Under the pieces are notes generated by a model. That model was not told the DNA's origin, searched no databases, and was given only the letters and a program-made list of their open reading frames with translations. Below, piece after piece: positions 40,395 to 50,800 of a stretch of 64,000 nt of DNA. The position numbers and the translations under genes were made by a program. Positions within the stretch are counted from its first letter, which is position 1. Each line of letters starts with the position of its first letter. The stretch lies in the IMG/VR virus record IMGVR_UViG_3300031857_000010, positions 1 to 64,000 of that record; one strand, 5' to 3'.

Positions 40395-41039
40395 TTAATT
40401 AAAGTTTTTTTTCCAATTATTATCAAATAATTCTTTTTCTTCGTAAGTATTGAATCTAAATGGACTTTTATTATTGAAAAATAATACGTGGTTTTTTATT
40501 TCTTGAACTTTTGTAAAACCAAAACTTTCAAGGTAATCAAAATTAGTCCACTCGTCATTTATTTTATGTATTTCTATGACCATACAATGTATGTAAACAT
40601 CATCAAAATTTATTCCTTCTAACACTTCTTTCTCATAACCTTCAACATCAAGGCTAAAAAAATGTATTTCATTTATATTATGTTTCTTGAGTAAGAAATC
40701 TAAAGTTTTACAAGGAAACTTAGTAGGAGACCAATTAGATTTATTATGAATGTTTATTATGCCACCAGTCATAAAATCATCAAAATCACCTTCTATGAAA
40801 TCTTCTTTATGATTTTTACTAACTAAAACATAATTTTCTAAAATTGTTTTAGGTCTAAAATCTCTATATGTAGAATTCCAATAATCTTTTGGTTCTACAA
40901 CTAAACCAGACCAACCATTTTCTTCTAAAAAAGTAGTATTACATTGATCATAAGGATTAGATCCACCAGCTTCAAAAAATATTTTTTCTTTGCCAAAAAT
41001 ATTATATATTATTTTATCAATCTGATTTTGAGAAGACAT
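40395..41039 (-). CDS. FkbM-family methyltransferase
   Basis: FFEAGG, GWSGLVVEP, FSLDVEGYE. Confidence 0.75.
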   Translation of the reverse strand: MSSQNQIDKIIYNIFGKEKIFFEAGGSNPYDQCNTTFLEENGWSGLVVEPKDYWNSTYRDFRPKTILENYVLVSKNHKEDFIEGDFDDFMTGGIINIHNKSNWSPTKFPCKTLDFLLKKHNINEIHFFSLDVEGYEKEVLEGINFDDVYIHCMVIEIHKINDEWTNFDYLESFGFTKVQEIKNHVLFFNNKSPFRFNTYEEKELFDNNWKKNFN

Positions 41040-41040
41040 A

Positions 41041-42015
41041 TTAATTTTTATTTAACCAATACTCAATCATTTCATCAATCATACTATTAAAATTATATGA
41101 AGGGTTCCAATTTAATTCTTCTCTAATCTTAGTAGAATCCCCTCTTAAATAATTTAATTCTTCTGGTCTTTGATATTTTTCACTGGATTCAACATAAATT
41201 TCTTTTGATAAATTTAATTTATTAAAAACATAATCAACTAATTCTTGAACAGATCTACTTTCACCGGTTGCACAAACATAATCTTTTGCTTCATTGTTTT
41301 GTAGCATTAACCACATTGCTTGAACATAGTCTTTAGCATGTCCCCAATCTCTCTTTGCATTTAGATTTCCGAGTATTAATTTTTTAGACAATCCTTTATG
41401 AATCTTTACAGCTTCTGATACTACTTTATTTGTTACAAAATTTATACCTCTTCTTGGAGATTCGTGATTAAATAAAATCCCGGAGGTTATAAACATATTA
41501 TAAGAATTTCTATAGTTATTACATAAATTATGTGCAAATAATTTGCTACAACCATATGGACTAACTGGTTTCATTGGTGTAATTTCTCTTTGAAAAAAAT
41601 CTTGATCATAATTGTTGCCGAACATTTCAGAAGTTGCTGCGTGATAAATCTTTGAATCAGGTGAAAATTTTCTTACTGCTTCTAAAATAGATAGTGTACC
41701 ACCTGCATTAACGTCTAATGTATATTTTGGTAACTCAAAACTTATTTGAACATGTGATTGAGCTGCCAAATGATAAATCTCATCCGGTTTTAATTTATTT
41801 ACTATAGTTTCTATACTTATTGGATCTGTTAAGTCTGCGTAGTGTAACTGGATTAAATTATTTTTGTGTAAATGTTCAATTCTTGTTGTTTGTGATTCTG
41901 GCACTGAATTTCTTCTTATGGTTCCGTGAACACTGTAATCTTTTTCAATTAAAAATTCAGATAAATAACTTGCATCTTGACCATTTGCACCAATTATCAA
42001 AGCCGTTTTTTTCAT
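41041..42015 (-). CDS. gmd: GDP-mannose 4,6-dehydratase
   Basis: GANGQDASYL, YHLAAQSHV, YHAATSEMFG, SPYGCSK, LFNHESPRRG, GNLNAKRDWGHAKDY. Confidence 0.95.
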   Translation of the reverse strand: MKKTALIIGANGQDASYLSEFLIEKDYSVHGTIRRNSVPESQTTRIEHLHKNNLIQLHYADLTDPISIETIVNKLKPDEIYHLAAQSHVQISFELPKYTLDVNAGGTLSILEAVRKFSPDSKIYHAATSEMFGNNYDQDFFQREITPMKPVSPYGCSKLFAHNLCNNYRNSYNMFITSGILFNHESPRRGINFVTNKVVSEAVKIHKGLSKKLILGNLNAKRDWGHAKDYVQAMWLMLQNNEAKDYVCATGESRSVQELVDYVFNKLNLSKEIYVESSEKYQRPEELNYLRGDSTKIREELNWNPSYNFNSMIDEMIEYWLNKN

Positions 42016-42023
42016 TTATTTAA

Positions 42024-43157
42024 TTATTTATTTATTTTTTTATTGATCCAATCAAAAGTTTTTTCTAGTCCTTTTGTCAATGGTTCAGAAACTTTCCATC
42101 CAATTTTTTCAAAGAATAGAGTATTATCAGATTTTCTACCTCTCACGCCTTGAGGGCATTTATGACCATATTTTTTTAAAAATTCATCACCCCAAATATT
42201 ATTTATGTTTATTTTTTTTCCAGAAATTTTAATTACTATTTCTGCCATTTCATTTATAGTGATCATTTCTTCTGAACCTATATTGACAGGTCCTATAAAT
42301 TCTGAATTCATAAATTTTTCTATTGCTTCTAAACATTCATCAATATACAAAAATGATCTTGTTTGTAATCCATCACCCCAAATTTCGATACTACCACCAT
42401 TTTGAGTTTCTGCAACCTTCCTACAAATTGCTGCAGGGGCTTTTTCTTTGCCATTATTATATGAACCAAACGGGCCAAAAATATTGTGAAATCTTGCTAT
42501 TCTGACATTTAATCCATAGTTTCTATTGAAGGCTAGATATAATCTTTCACTAAATAATTTTTCCCAACCATATTCACTATCTGGGTTGGCTGGATATGCT
42601 GAATCTTCTACACAATTCGGATTTTCAGGATCATTTTGATTGTGCTCTGGATACATACAAGCAGATGAAGAATAAAAAATTTTCTTAACTTTTTTTACAA
42701 CACACTCGTGGGATACATTTAAATTTATTATTGCTGAATTAAGCATCACGTTGGCATCATTTTCTCCTGTAAAAATGTATCCAGCACCACCCATATCAGC
42801 CGCTAATTGATATAATTCATCTGTGTTTTCTAAAATTGACTTCTTTACTATTTCTGGATTTGTCAAATCTCCGACTATGAAATCATCTGCATGAGTATTT
42901 TCATATTCAGGATATTTGATATCAACAGCTCTAACCCAGAAACCTTTATTTTTTAATTTTTTAACTAAATGGCTACCAATGAAACCGCCTCCCCCAAGTA
43001 CAATTGCAATTTTTTTATTTTCTGGACTTTGAAAAGAAGTATTTCCTACAAATCTTTTTTCATTTGTATCTAAACATTTTTGAAAAAATGTAACCTCATC
43101 ATCTGTAATATAGATTGAGTTTTTGAATGTGTAATTTTCGAAATCGTAATATTTCAT
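42024..43157 (-). CDS. GDP-mannose 3,5-epimerase-like SDR
   Basis: GGGGFIGSHL, QLAADMGGAGYI, YSSSACMYP, YGWEKLFSE, RFHNIFGP, GKEKAPAA, QTRSFLYIDEC, GVRGRKSDN. Confidence 0.85.
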   Translation of the reverse strand: MKYYDFENYTFKNSIYITDDEVTFFQKCLDTNEKRFVGNTSFQSPENKKIAIVLGGGGFIGSHLVKKLKNKGFWVRAVDIKYPEYENTHADDFIVGDLTNPEIVKKSILENTDELYQLAADMGGAGYIFTGENDANVMLNSAIINLNVSHECVVKKVKKIFYSSSACMYPEHNQNDPENPNCVEDSAYPANPDSEYGWEKLFSERLYLAFNRNYGLNVRIARFHNIFGPFGSYNNGKEKAPAAICRKVAETQNGGSIEIWGDGLQTRSFLYIDECLEAIEKFMNSEFIGPVNIGSEEMITINEMAEIVIKISGKKININNIWGDEFLKKYGHKCPQGVRGRKSDNTLFFEKIGWKVSEPLTKGLEKTFDWINKKINK

Positions 43158-43221
43158 ATAATTTATTTTGTCTTTAATGAAATAAAAATAAAATAAAATA
43201 TAGGAAATAAAATATTAAAGA

Positions 43222-43977
43222 TCAGTTTATTTTACAAACTGGTATTGGTATCATTTTATGTAAATTCTTAGAATTTAAAAAATTATATATATTAATTATC
43301 TCCAATTGTCTTTCTGAATATTTTAATGGATCAATTGTATTGCTTTTACTTAATAATTCCATAGCCCACTCTAATTCTTCGTATGAAGCACCAATTTGTT
43401 GTTCATCTGTTCTGTCATCTGACCATAATCCATCTGTAGGAGCAGCTTCAATGATTTCTGAAATTATACCTAAATTTGATGCCATTTTTCTTACTTCAGT
43501 TTTAGTCAAATCTGCTATTGGGGAAATATCAACTCCACCATCACCATATTTTGTAAAGAATCCAATTCCAAAATCTTCTATTTTGTTGCCAGTTCCAACC
43601 ACAATTCCATTAACACTTGTTGCTATTTGATAAAGAGTAATCATTCTTAACCTTGAACGAGTGTTTGCAAAAGCTAGATTGTTATTATATTCATTTGCAA
43701 ATTTTTTTAAAAAAACATCATATATGTTAGTCAAATCATATTCTTTTTCAACAACATTGTTGTATTTATTTTTTAACCAATTAATATGCTTTCTTGCTCT
43801 TGTCAATTCAAGTTCATTTTGATAAATTGGCATTGAAACTAATATGGTTTCAATTTCAGTCATAGCACAAAGAGTTGAAACTAAAGCGGAGTCTATACCC
43901 CCAGAAACACCAACAACTAACTTAAATTTTTTTTCACTACAATAATTCTTAATCCAATCTACTATTTTTCTCTTCAT
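43222..43977 (-). CDS. nadE: NH3-dependent NAD+ synthetase
   Basis: VGVSGGIDS, NTRSRLRM, GTGNKIE, GFFTKYGDGG, PIADLTKTEV, APTDGLW. No glutaminase domain. Confidence 0.92.
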   Translation of the reverse strand: MKRKIVDWIKNYCSEKKFKLVVGVSGGIDSALVSTLCAMTEIETILVSMPIYQNELELTRARKHINWLKNKYNNVVEKEYDLTNIYDVFLKKFANEYNNNLAFANTRSRLRMITLYQIATSVNGIVVGTGNKIEDFGIGFFTKYGDGGVDISPIADLTKTEVRKMASNLGIISEIIEAAPTDGLWSDDRTDEQQIGASYEELEWAMELLSKSNTIDPLKYSERQLEIINIYNFLNSKNLHKMIPIPVCKIN

Positions 43978-45092
43978 GTGTGTAAAAATTTGTCTATGAA
44001 TACATTTATTTTTTCGAAATTATCTGAATTGAAATTATATGATATTGATTTTTTATTTTTTAATTCACAAACTTTTGAAACAAAAGTATTTTTATTTTGT
44101 TTGTCATCGAGTAAAACTAAATTTGTATTACAATAATATGATGCTAGATCGATTGGTGAAGTTGATGGGCTTATAAAAATTTCAGAATTATGAACCACAC
44201 TCAAAAATTTTTTTACATCGAAAAAATTTCTCATATCATATTCTATGATATAATCGTTTTCTGGAATTGGATATTTTACTAAATCGTTTATAATCACTAA
44301 AAATTTCTTTTCTGAAATAAATTTGTTCACAAGTTTATTATAGAAATCTAAATCTACAAAACCAAAACCCGGATTTCCTTTTGTTCCATCTCCAACTAAA
44401 ATTTCATTTATATTGGATGATCTAAAATTTCTACTTTTCCAAGTATTTTTTACAAATAAAGTACAATATTTCTTATCTAATTTTAAAACATCTTCAAATT
44501 CGTAATTATTTTTCCACAAATCTAAATTCCAACCTAAAGTTCCACTAGTTTTCCAAGCAGTATTTTCCGATGTATAATAATCTCTTTCCCCCGAAGCATA
44601 TTTATATGATTGTAGACTAAATAAGTTGTATTTCCAAGGCAAATCTCTTCCTATAGCATGAATTTTATTCTTAAATTTATATTTTGATAGAATTAAATCA
44701 TAATCATCCTCATTAAAATTTCTTATCGTATACCAAAAAGCAATACCTCTATCTCCTTGGTTCTGAAAATTATTAATTAATAAATCGGTTTCTTTATTAT
44801 TTTTATAAGCTTTATTTGTATCAATAAAACCTTCTAATATAATCAATTCATCTACCCAAGGTTCATAAAAAATTTCTTGACCCTCAAAACAAATTCCAAC
44901 TGTTGGCCCATTGATATTTTTGAAAAAATCTAAAAACAATTCATTGAAAAAAATAGGATAAAAACCATATTCACACCAAAAATAATTTATCAAATTATAT
45001 TGTTCCGTATTTCCAATTGAACTTAAATAAAGATCTAAATCTTTTAAATTGTTTATTTTTACTTTTTTAATTTTTTGCATTATTGATTTCAA
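43974..45092 (-). CDS. Hypothetical protein, possibly a GT-B glycosyltransferase
   Basis: 372 aa within the glycan operon. The C-terminal NSEIFISPSTSPIDLA loosely resembles GT9. Confidence 0.4.
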   Translation of the reverse strand: MKSIMQKIKKVKINNLKDLDLYLSSIGNTEQYNLINYFWCEYGFYPIFFNELFLDFFKNINGPTVGICFEGQEIFYEPWVDELIILEGFIDTNKAYKNNKETDLLINNFQNQGDRGIAFWYTIRNFNEDDYDLILSKYKFKNKIHAIGRDLPWKYNLFSLQSYKYASGERDYYTSENTAWKTSGTLGWNLDLWKNNYEFEDVLKLDKKYCTLFVKNTWKSRNFRSSNINEILVGDGTKGNPGFGFVDLDFYNKLVNKFISEKKFLVIINDLVKYPIPENDYIIEYDMRNFFDVKKFLSVVHNSEIFISPSTSPIDLASYYCNTNLVLLDDKQNKNTFVSKVCELKNKKSISYNFNSDNFEKINVFIDKFLHT

Positions 45093-45798
45093 TTATATCT
45101 TCTATATCATTTATTTCTAACATTTCTCTACTATCATTAGATGCCCATTTCATAAACCAAGGATATTGATTTGTTGAAACTATGGGTAAATTATTAAATT
45201 CTTTTGAAATAAAAAACATATTTACTCCATTTATTCCTACTAAATCATAGTTCTTAAATTTACCTAAAAGTTCTAGTGCTGGAGGAGTAGCACCGTAATA
45301 AATAGTATTGTGATGAACATAATTTTTATCATATGGCATGATGCAACTTTTTTGAATATTGCTATTATATTCGATTACTACAATTTTAGGTCTATATTTA
45401 TTTAAGCTATTCCATATCCACCAATCATTACCGTCTATGTCAATAGAGATTAAATCAAAATTTATAGGACAGTTATTTTGTTCTAAAAGATAATCTATAC
45501 AATTATCTTCTTCAATTGATATAAAAGAATTTAGACATTTAACATTAAATGATGACATATTATTTGTTAATTGATCAAATTTATTTTTATCAGCTTCTAT
45601 ACAGATACCTGAAAAATTTTTATCTTTAATTAAATGATAAACGTTACTTAAATAAATTCCATCCCAACTTCCTACATCTACGAAGTATCCATTTTCATTT
45701 ATATTTAAGGACTCGAGACATTCTTTAATCATTCCGTCTTCTCCATATTGAGAATAATAATTTTCTTGGTACTTATTTAAACCGTAATTTTTTGACAT
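45067..45798 (-). CDS. FkbM-like methyltransferase
   Basis: YSQYGEDG, FVDVGSWDG, LISIDIDGND, IVVIEYN. Confidence 0.75.
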   Translation of the reverse strand: MSKNYGLNKYQENYYSQYGEDGMIKECLESLNINENGYFVDVGSWDGIYLSNVYHLIKDKNFSGICIEADKNKFDQLTNNMSSFNVKCLNSFISIEEDNCIDYLLEQNNCPINFDLISIDIDGNDWWIWNSLNKYRPKIVVIEYNSNIQKSCIMPYDKNYVHHNTIYYGATPPALELLGKFKNYDLVGINGVNMFFISKEFNNLPIVSTNQYPWFMKWASNDSREMLEINDIEDIIEINNAKN

Positions 45799-45807
45799 AA
45801 TTTTAAT

Positions 45808-46479
45808 TTATAGAATTGAATAATTAATATTGTTTTCTTTTTTAATCAAGTAATCTTCCTTTATATCTAATTCTTCAAAAGAGTTTTTTGGTAAAACATA
45901 AATTTTTCCAACACCACCTATACTACCATCCCTAATTGGTAATTTTCTGTTAGTGGAATTAAGATAATAATATAGATATCCATTATCATCATAACAAGTA
46001 TTTAATTCTTTTTCAATAAAAGAAAAATCACATTTTACGTTATGATATGAATCATATTGAAAATTTCTATTAGGTACGAAAAAATCATCAATTACTATAA
46101 TTGCTCTGTTTTTGAAAGATTTAGATATTGCAATTAATTCGTCTTGTAATGGCCAATAATTTTCCCAGTGTGCATCCAAATAAAACATCACAAAATTATA
46201 GTCATTTTCAATTTTTGGTAAAATTTCAGAAAGAAATTTTTCTGAGGAATCTTTGTATATTTCAACATTTTTTAAATGATTACATTTTTGATTTGACAAT
46301 TGGAAAAAATGATCTGTAATTTCTACACTTAAAACTTTTTCAAAATTTTCGCCTAAAAATTTTGTTGTATTACCCTCATATGAACCTGTTTCTATTACAC
46401 ATTTTATGTCAAATAGATTCTTTAATTTTAATATTTCCTCACAAACTTTTGTGTCTGAGTTGAAAGCTGTTGTTTCCAT
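45808..46479 (-). CDS. SAM-dependent methyltransferase-like protein
   Basis: VIETGSYEG, SVEI, DS, FYLDAHW, IVIDD. Start placed at METTAF. Confidence 0.65.
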   Translation of the reverse strand: METTAFNSDTKVCEEILKLKNLFDIKCVIETGSYEGNTTKFLGENFEKVLSVEITDHFFQLSNQKCNHLKNVEIYKDSSEKFLSEILPKIENDYNFVMFYLDAHWENYWPLQDELIAISKSFKNRAIIVIDDFFVPNRNFQYDSYHNVKCDFSFIEKELNTCYDDNGYLYYYLNSTNRKLPIRDGSIGGVGKIYVLPKNSFEELDIKEDYLIKKENNINYSIL

Positions 46480-46498
46480 ATTTATTATTTTAATTTGT

Positions 46499-47596
46499 TT
46501 AATTAGATGTATATTCGAATAAATCACCGTAAATTTTTTTGACTTGAGTTATTACTTCTATTTTATCTTTTATTACTATTTTTAAACCTTTTTTTGCCAA
46601 TTCTACAGCGAATTTTAGTTGTTGAGATTCTTCGATTATAATAGAATCTTTTTTATAACTAACACCATCAATTTCTATAGTTTGTTTTTCATTTTTTCTA
46701 ATAAAATCTTCTATTTGATAATTTAAATGAATGTTGTTATATTGATCTGATGCTTTTGGTATTAAAGGATCAATGTTTATTTCTTCAGCAAAAATTCCCA
46801 ATGCTCTATTATCTCTTGGAAAACAAGGGCCACCAAACCCATAACCCCATTTCAGATATTTATTATTTATTCTCGAATCACAACCGATAGCATTGAGAAC
46901 ATTAAAATGAGAAATTTCTAATTTGTTACAAATATCGCCTATCATATTGGCAAAAGATATTTTTGTAGTTACAAAACAATTAATTGAAATTTTCGTTATT
47001 TCAGCTTCTGTTCTTGACATTTTACAAAAAACAGGTTGATTTTCTACTAAATTTTTATATACATTTTCAATCAGATTTCCAGATATTTCATCTGCTTGTC
47101 CTATTAAAACCATGTCTGGATATAATTGGTCCTTTATAATGCTACCCTGTGCTATGAATTCAGGATTATAAGATATTTTGTAATTATAAGAATCTAATTC
47201 TTCTTGGATTTTATCACAATAAGTTGGCATAGTAGTGCAACAAATTACTAAATCTTTTCTTTTTTGTTGTTTTCCTATTTTTTTTAATTTACTCACTAAA
47301 ATATCTATTTGTTCGTGATTGTATTTTCCGTTAGGAAGAGAGGGTGTTGCAACTACTACAAATATTATATCATTTTCTAATGCTAACTCTAGATTGTTAG
47401 ATGCATATAAATTTTCACATCTACTTAATAATAATTCAACATCTTTTTCAAGAGATTTCAATGTTTTATAATTTATAGAATTTATATAATTTTCATCAAT
47501 GTCAATTCCTGTAATTTGAAAACCTTTTTTTTCTAGATTAAGAGCAAAACACAAGCCTAATTTTCCTAATCCTATAACACTTATTTTTTTATTCAT
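46499..47596 (-). CDS. UDP-glucose/GDP-mannose dehydrogenase family protein
   Basis: IGLGKLG, VVATPS, YNPEF, KISINCFVTTKISFAN, GYGFGGPCFPRD (catalytic Cys). Confidence 0.9.
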   Translation of the reverse strand: MNKKISVIGLGKLGLCFALNLEKKGFQITGIDIDENYINSINYKTLKSLEKDVELLLSRCENLYASNNLELALENDIIFVVVATPSLPNGKYNHEQIDILVSKLKKIGKQQKRKDLVICCTTMPTYCDKIQEELDSYNYKISYNPEFIAQGSIIKDQLYPDMVLIGQADEISGNLIENVYKNLVENQPVFCKMSRTEAEITKISINCFVTTKISFANMIGDICNKLEISHFNVLNAIGCDSRINNKYLKWGYGFGGPCFPRDNRALGIFAEEINIDPLIPKASDQYNNIHLNYQIEDFIRKNEKQTIEIDGVSYKKDSIIIEESQQLKFAVELAKKGLKIVIKDKIEVITQVKKIYGDLFEYTSN

Positions 47597-47625
47597 ATGT
47601 TGTAATGTTGATTTTATTAAATTTA

Positions 47626-48489
47626 TTACATTCCATGTAAATTTTCAAGACTTGGAAAGAAATTGTATTTAATTTTATTATTAATAATTAATATTCCAAA
47701 AACCATATTACTTGTTGACATAATTAATTCATCACACATTGTCAAATTATATACATCAGTAAAACAATTTACAATTTCTTCGTTGTAACAAAAATTCGGT
47801 TTATCTCTCCAGTCCATGTTACCTACCCCTCTTTGGTAATCATGATATATGATTTTATGTTTTGGTATATATAGTTCTATTTTTTCTATAAATTCTGAAA
47901 TATCACATGCAATATATATCTCGTCAAAATTATTATTTTCGAAGTAATCTCTTACGAATTTTGCATTCTCAGAATAAAAATTGGAATTTTCAACTCTTAG
48001 TTGAGGACCATTATGTTTTCCTATACAATAATGTTGTGGAGATCTTAGATGTACACCTAATATTTTTTTATTTGAATTATCAATTATTTTTTTTGAAGAA
48101 TCAATAAATGATTTTTTAAATTTCAAGTTTTTATTAAAAACTAAATTCCATTCATTTCTTAATATTTCAAAATCTTTTTCTCTATAAATTTCTGGTGTGG
48201 TATAAAAATAGCCATTATATTTATTGTAGAAGGGAATTTTATCTATAAAATTTTGATATTTTTCATTTAATCTATAATTTGAGTAATTAACCCAATTATT
48301 GGTATTTAAATTTATTTTTTCGTTGATGACAGGATTTGAATAATCAAAAACTAAATTAAGTAGGTCTATGTTATTAAAGTGCCAGTCAATAAAAACTTTT
48401 TCTCCAGTGTATTCTTGATAGCAATACCAATCTATAATTCTTAAAAAATTCGAGAAAATACCATTTTCATCTTTTTTTAAAACTATCAT
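47626..48489 (-). CDS. NodZ/GT23-like fucosyltransferase
   Basis: NGIFSNF, LGVHLR, IYIACD, DVYNLTMCDELIMSTSN. Confidence 0.6.
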   Translation of the reverse strand: MIVLKKDENGIFSNFLRIIDWYCYQEYTGEKVFIDWHFNNIDLLNLVFDYSNPVINEKINLNTNNWVNYSNYRLNEKYQNFIDKIPFYNKYNGYFYTTPEIYREKDFEILRNEWNLVFNKNLKFKKSFIDSSKKIIDNSNKKILGVHLRSPQHYCIGKHNGPQLRVENSNFYSENAKFVRDYFENNNFDEIYIACDISEFIEKIELYIPKHKIIYHDYQRGVGNMDWRDKPNFCYNEEIVNCFTDVYNLTMCDELIMSTSNMVFGILIINNKIKYNFFPSLENLHGM

Positions 48490-48491
48490 AT

Positions 48492-49307
48492 TTATTTAGT
48501 TTTTATAATAATATTTTCATCGTTAAAATCTGAAAATATCTTACAGTGTGAAATATCTGCAAATTTATTTGACAGTTTTGAATTTTTACTGAAATCGTCA
48601 TGAACGCTGGATAAAAAATTATTAAAATCTAAATTACCCTCCTCTCCATATTTATGATCTTGATGTATAGAAAAAATTGTCTTAGTAACATCAATAGTAA
48701 ATTGATTATTAGATATTGCATTAGATACAAGCCAATTATCATATCTCATTCTTGCAATATAAAAATCAGGAATATTATCAAATGTTTTTTCACTACATAC
48801 GAAATAATCAATAGCACATGCTGGATTAAGAACACCATCATTTCTCAAATTAGAGATTAATTTTTTGCTCCAATCAGTATCTTCGAAATTTATAGGTTCA
48901 GGCGTTTTCCAACTGGTTCTTTGTCCTATAAAACAGAAATTTCTTGTATTAATTTGATCTATAATTTCGTTAATTGTTTTTGAAAAATCGTCAAATAATA
49001 TCATGTCAGCATTTATCTGACAAATAAAATCGTTTTCAGATTTTATTTCGCTGACTGCTTTCGAGTAAAGTGACCTAAAAGTAGGTATTTGTGTTGAAGG
49101 ACTTTTTTCAAAATCTTTGATTATCTTTATTTTGTTTTCATTATTTTTAAGTTTATTTATTTCATCTTCAATATTTTCTTGGGTCAAAATAAAAATTTCT
49201 TTGTCAATATTCTTTAACAATAGCCAACTTTGAATAGCGTTTAATTGTCTAAATTTGAATACTTCATTAAAAGGTTTTATAGTTGTAACAAATATTACTT
49301 TTTTCAT
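48492..49307 (-). CDS. GT-A-like hypothetical glycosyltransferase
   Basis: INADMIL (DxD-like), IDYFV, YDNWL, IHQDH. Operon context. Confidence 0.5.
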   Translation of the reverse strand: MKKVIFVTTIKPFNEVFKFRQLNAIQSWLLLKNIDKEIFILTQENIEDEINKLKNNENKIKIIKDFEKSPSTQIPTFRSLYSKAVSEIKSENDFICQINADMILFDDFSKTINEIIDQINTRNFCFIGQRTSWKTPEPINFEDTDWSKKLISNLRNDGVLNPACAIDYFVCSEKTFDNIPDFYIARMRYDNWLVSNAISNNQFTIDVTKTIFSIHQDHKYGEEGNLDFNNFLSSVHDDFSKNSKLSNKFADISHCKIFSDFNDENIIIKTK

Positions 49308-49313
49308 GCCAAT

Positions 49314-49937
49314 TTATTTTTTTTTATTTTTTGCAATCAAAAAACCATTCCTATCATTTTCATCTTCTGCAATTATTTCATAATCAATATTGTTTTTCAT
49401 AATTTTTGCAACTTCAATATTTTTCATCAAATTAGTATCGTCTAAAATAAAATATTTAGATCTAGATTCCAATTTTTTAAATTCTGCAAAACTGCTAAAT
49501 TCACCACCATCTAAAATTAAAACATCAATTTTATTAGGTAATTTGTCAATGATATTAGGTATTTTTTTATAATTTAAAATATCTTCTTTAAGCCATTTTT
49601 CTAAATGAAATCTAGCAATTTTATTAAAATATTCTGATCCAAGAGAATCTTCATTTAATAATTCATTTAATTCAATTATTCTGCCTAACAATAAATTGAA
49701 ATTATCAATTTTAGGAATATTTAATACAGCTTGATTGTACATGTCTTCATTAGATTCTATAGAGAAAACTTCATAATTTTCTTTAGATGAATCTATTATT
49801 GCATCATAAATACATTTTGTTGTCCCCAATCCATTCCAAGTGCCAATGTCAACTATGATTTTATTTTCATCAAGTTTGCAAATATTATATATTAATTCTC
49901 CTAATTTGCTACCTCTGTTAATTTGGCCTAATTGCAT
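49314..49937 (-). CDS. Methyltransferase-like protein
   Basis: IVDIGTWNGLG, VFSIESN, LILDGGEFS, FILDDT. Confidence 0.55.
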   Translation of the reverse strand: MQLGQINRGSKLGELIYNICKLDENKIIVDIGTWNGLGTTKCIYDAIIDSSKENYEVFSIESNEDMYNQAVLNIPKIDNFNLLLGRIIELNELLNEDSLGSEYFNKIARFHLEKWLKEDILNYKKIPNIIDKLPNKIDVLILDGGEFSSFAEFKKLESRSKYFILDDTNLMKNIEVAKIMKNNIDYEIIAEDENDRNGFLIAKNKKK

Positions 49938-49978
49938 ATATTATAAAATTTTTTTTGTAATATTAATTAATTAAACAA

Positions 49979-50800
49979 TTATAGTAAATATTTGTCTTGT
50001 ATAATTTTAGGATGTTCTCCTATAAATTTTATATTGTGACAACCAAATGGTTTATAATTTTTATCTTTATCAAATTTGTTCCATTCCTCTAAACATTTTT
50101 CGTTTTTATAAAAAGAAGCTTTGAATTTAACTTGATTTAATTCTACGTAACTATAATGATATAATTTGATTCCTAATGCGAGTGTTTGGTCTCTAGTAAG
50201 TACTTTTCCTGTATTGCATACTGTATTATCACATACATAGTTAGGTGGTTCATGCGATATCCAATATGATTTACCCGGTACATTTCTGAATATTCTCATC
50301 CATGGTATTTGATTTGCCCATTTACTGTCAGTTTCATTTATACAATAATCATAACCGCCAAAAAAATGATTTGCATAAAAATGCACAGCATCAATTTTCT
50401 TTTTCTCTAATATTAATAATAAAGACTCTATGTCTTCATGATGATAAAATTCATCTGAATCTAATTGCCAAATATAATCTCCGGTTGCAATTTTTGCATA
50501 TTCATTACACATTTGAGTTTTACCATCCCAAAACCCTTTGGATTCAATTAGTTTTATTTTATTTTGAGGATCAGGAAAAGATTTTATAATATCTAAAGTT
50601 CCATCATTTGATTTTCCATCATTTGTGAATTTACTTGTATCCCCATCAAAATAATGATTTACTGCTTTTGTAGCTCCCTCTACTATTATAATTTCGTGTG
50701 CAAAGTCATAAATATTTTTAATGCAATTGTATAACATACCGTCTGGTAAGTTTTTTTCTGCATTAAAAACTATCATTCCAAAAGTAATTTTTATGCTCAT
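49979..50800 (-). CDS. GT2 glycosyltransferase
   Basis: FGMIVFN, IIIVEG, SNDGT, WQLDSDE. Confidence 0.75.
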   Translation of the reverse strand: MSIKITFGMIVFNAEKNLPDGMLYNCIKNIYDFAHEIIIVEGATKAVNHYFDGDTSKFTNDGKSNDGTLDIIKSFPDPQNKIKLIESKGFWDGKTQMCNEYAKIATGDYIWQLDSDEFYHHEDIESLLLILEKKKIDAVHFYANHFFGGYDYCINETDSKWANQIPWMRIFRNVPGKSYWISHEPPNYVCDNTVCNTGKVLTRDQTLALGIKLYHYSYVELNQVKFKASFYKNEKCLEEWNKFDKDKNYKPFGCHNIKFIGEHPKIIQDKYLL

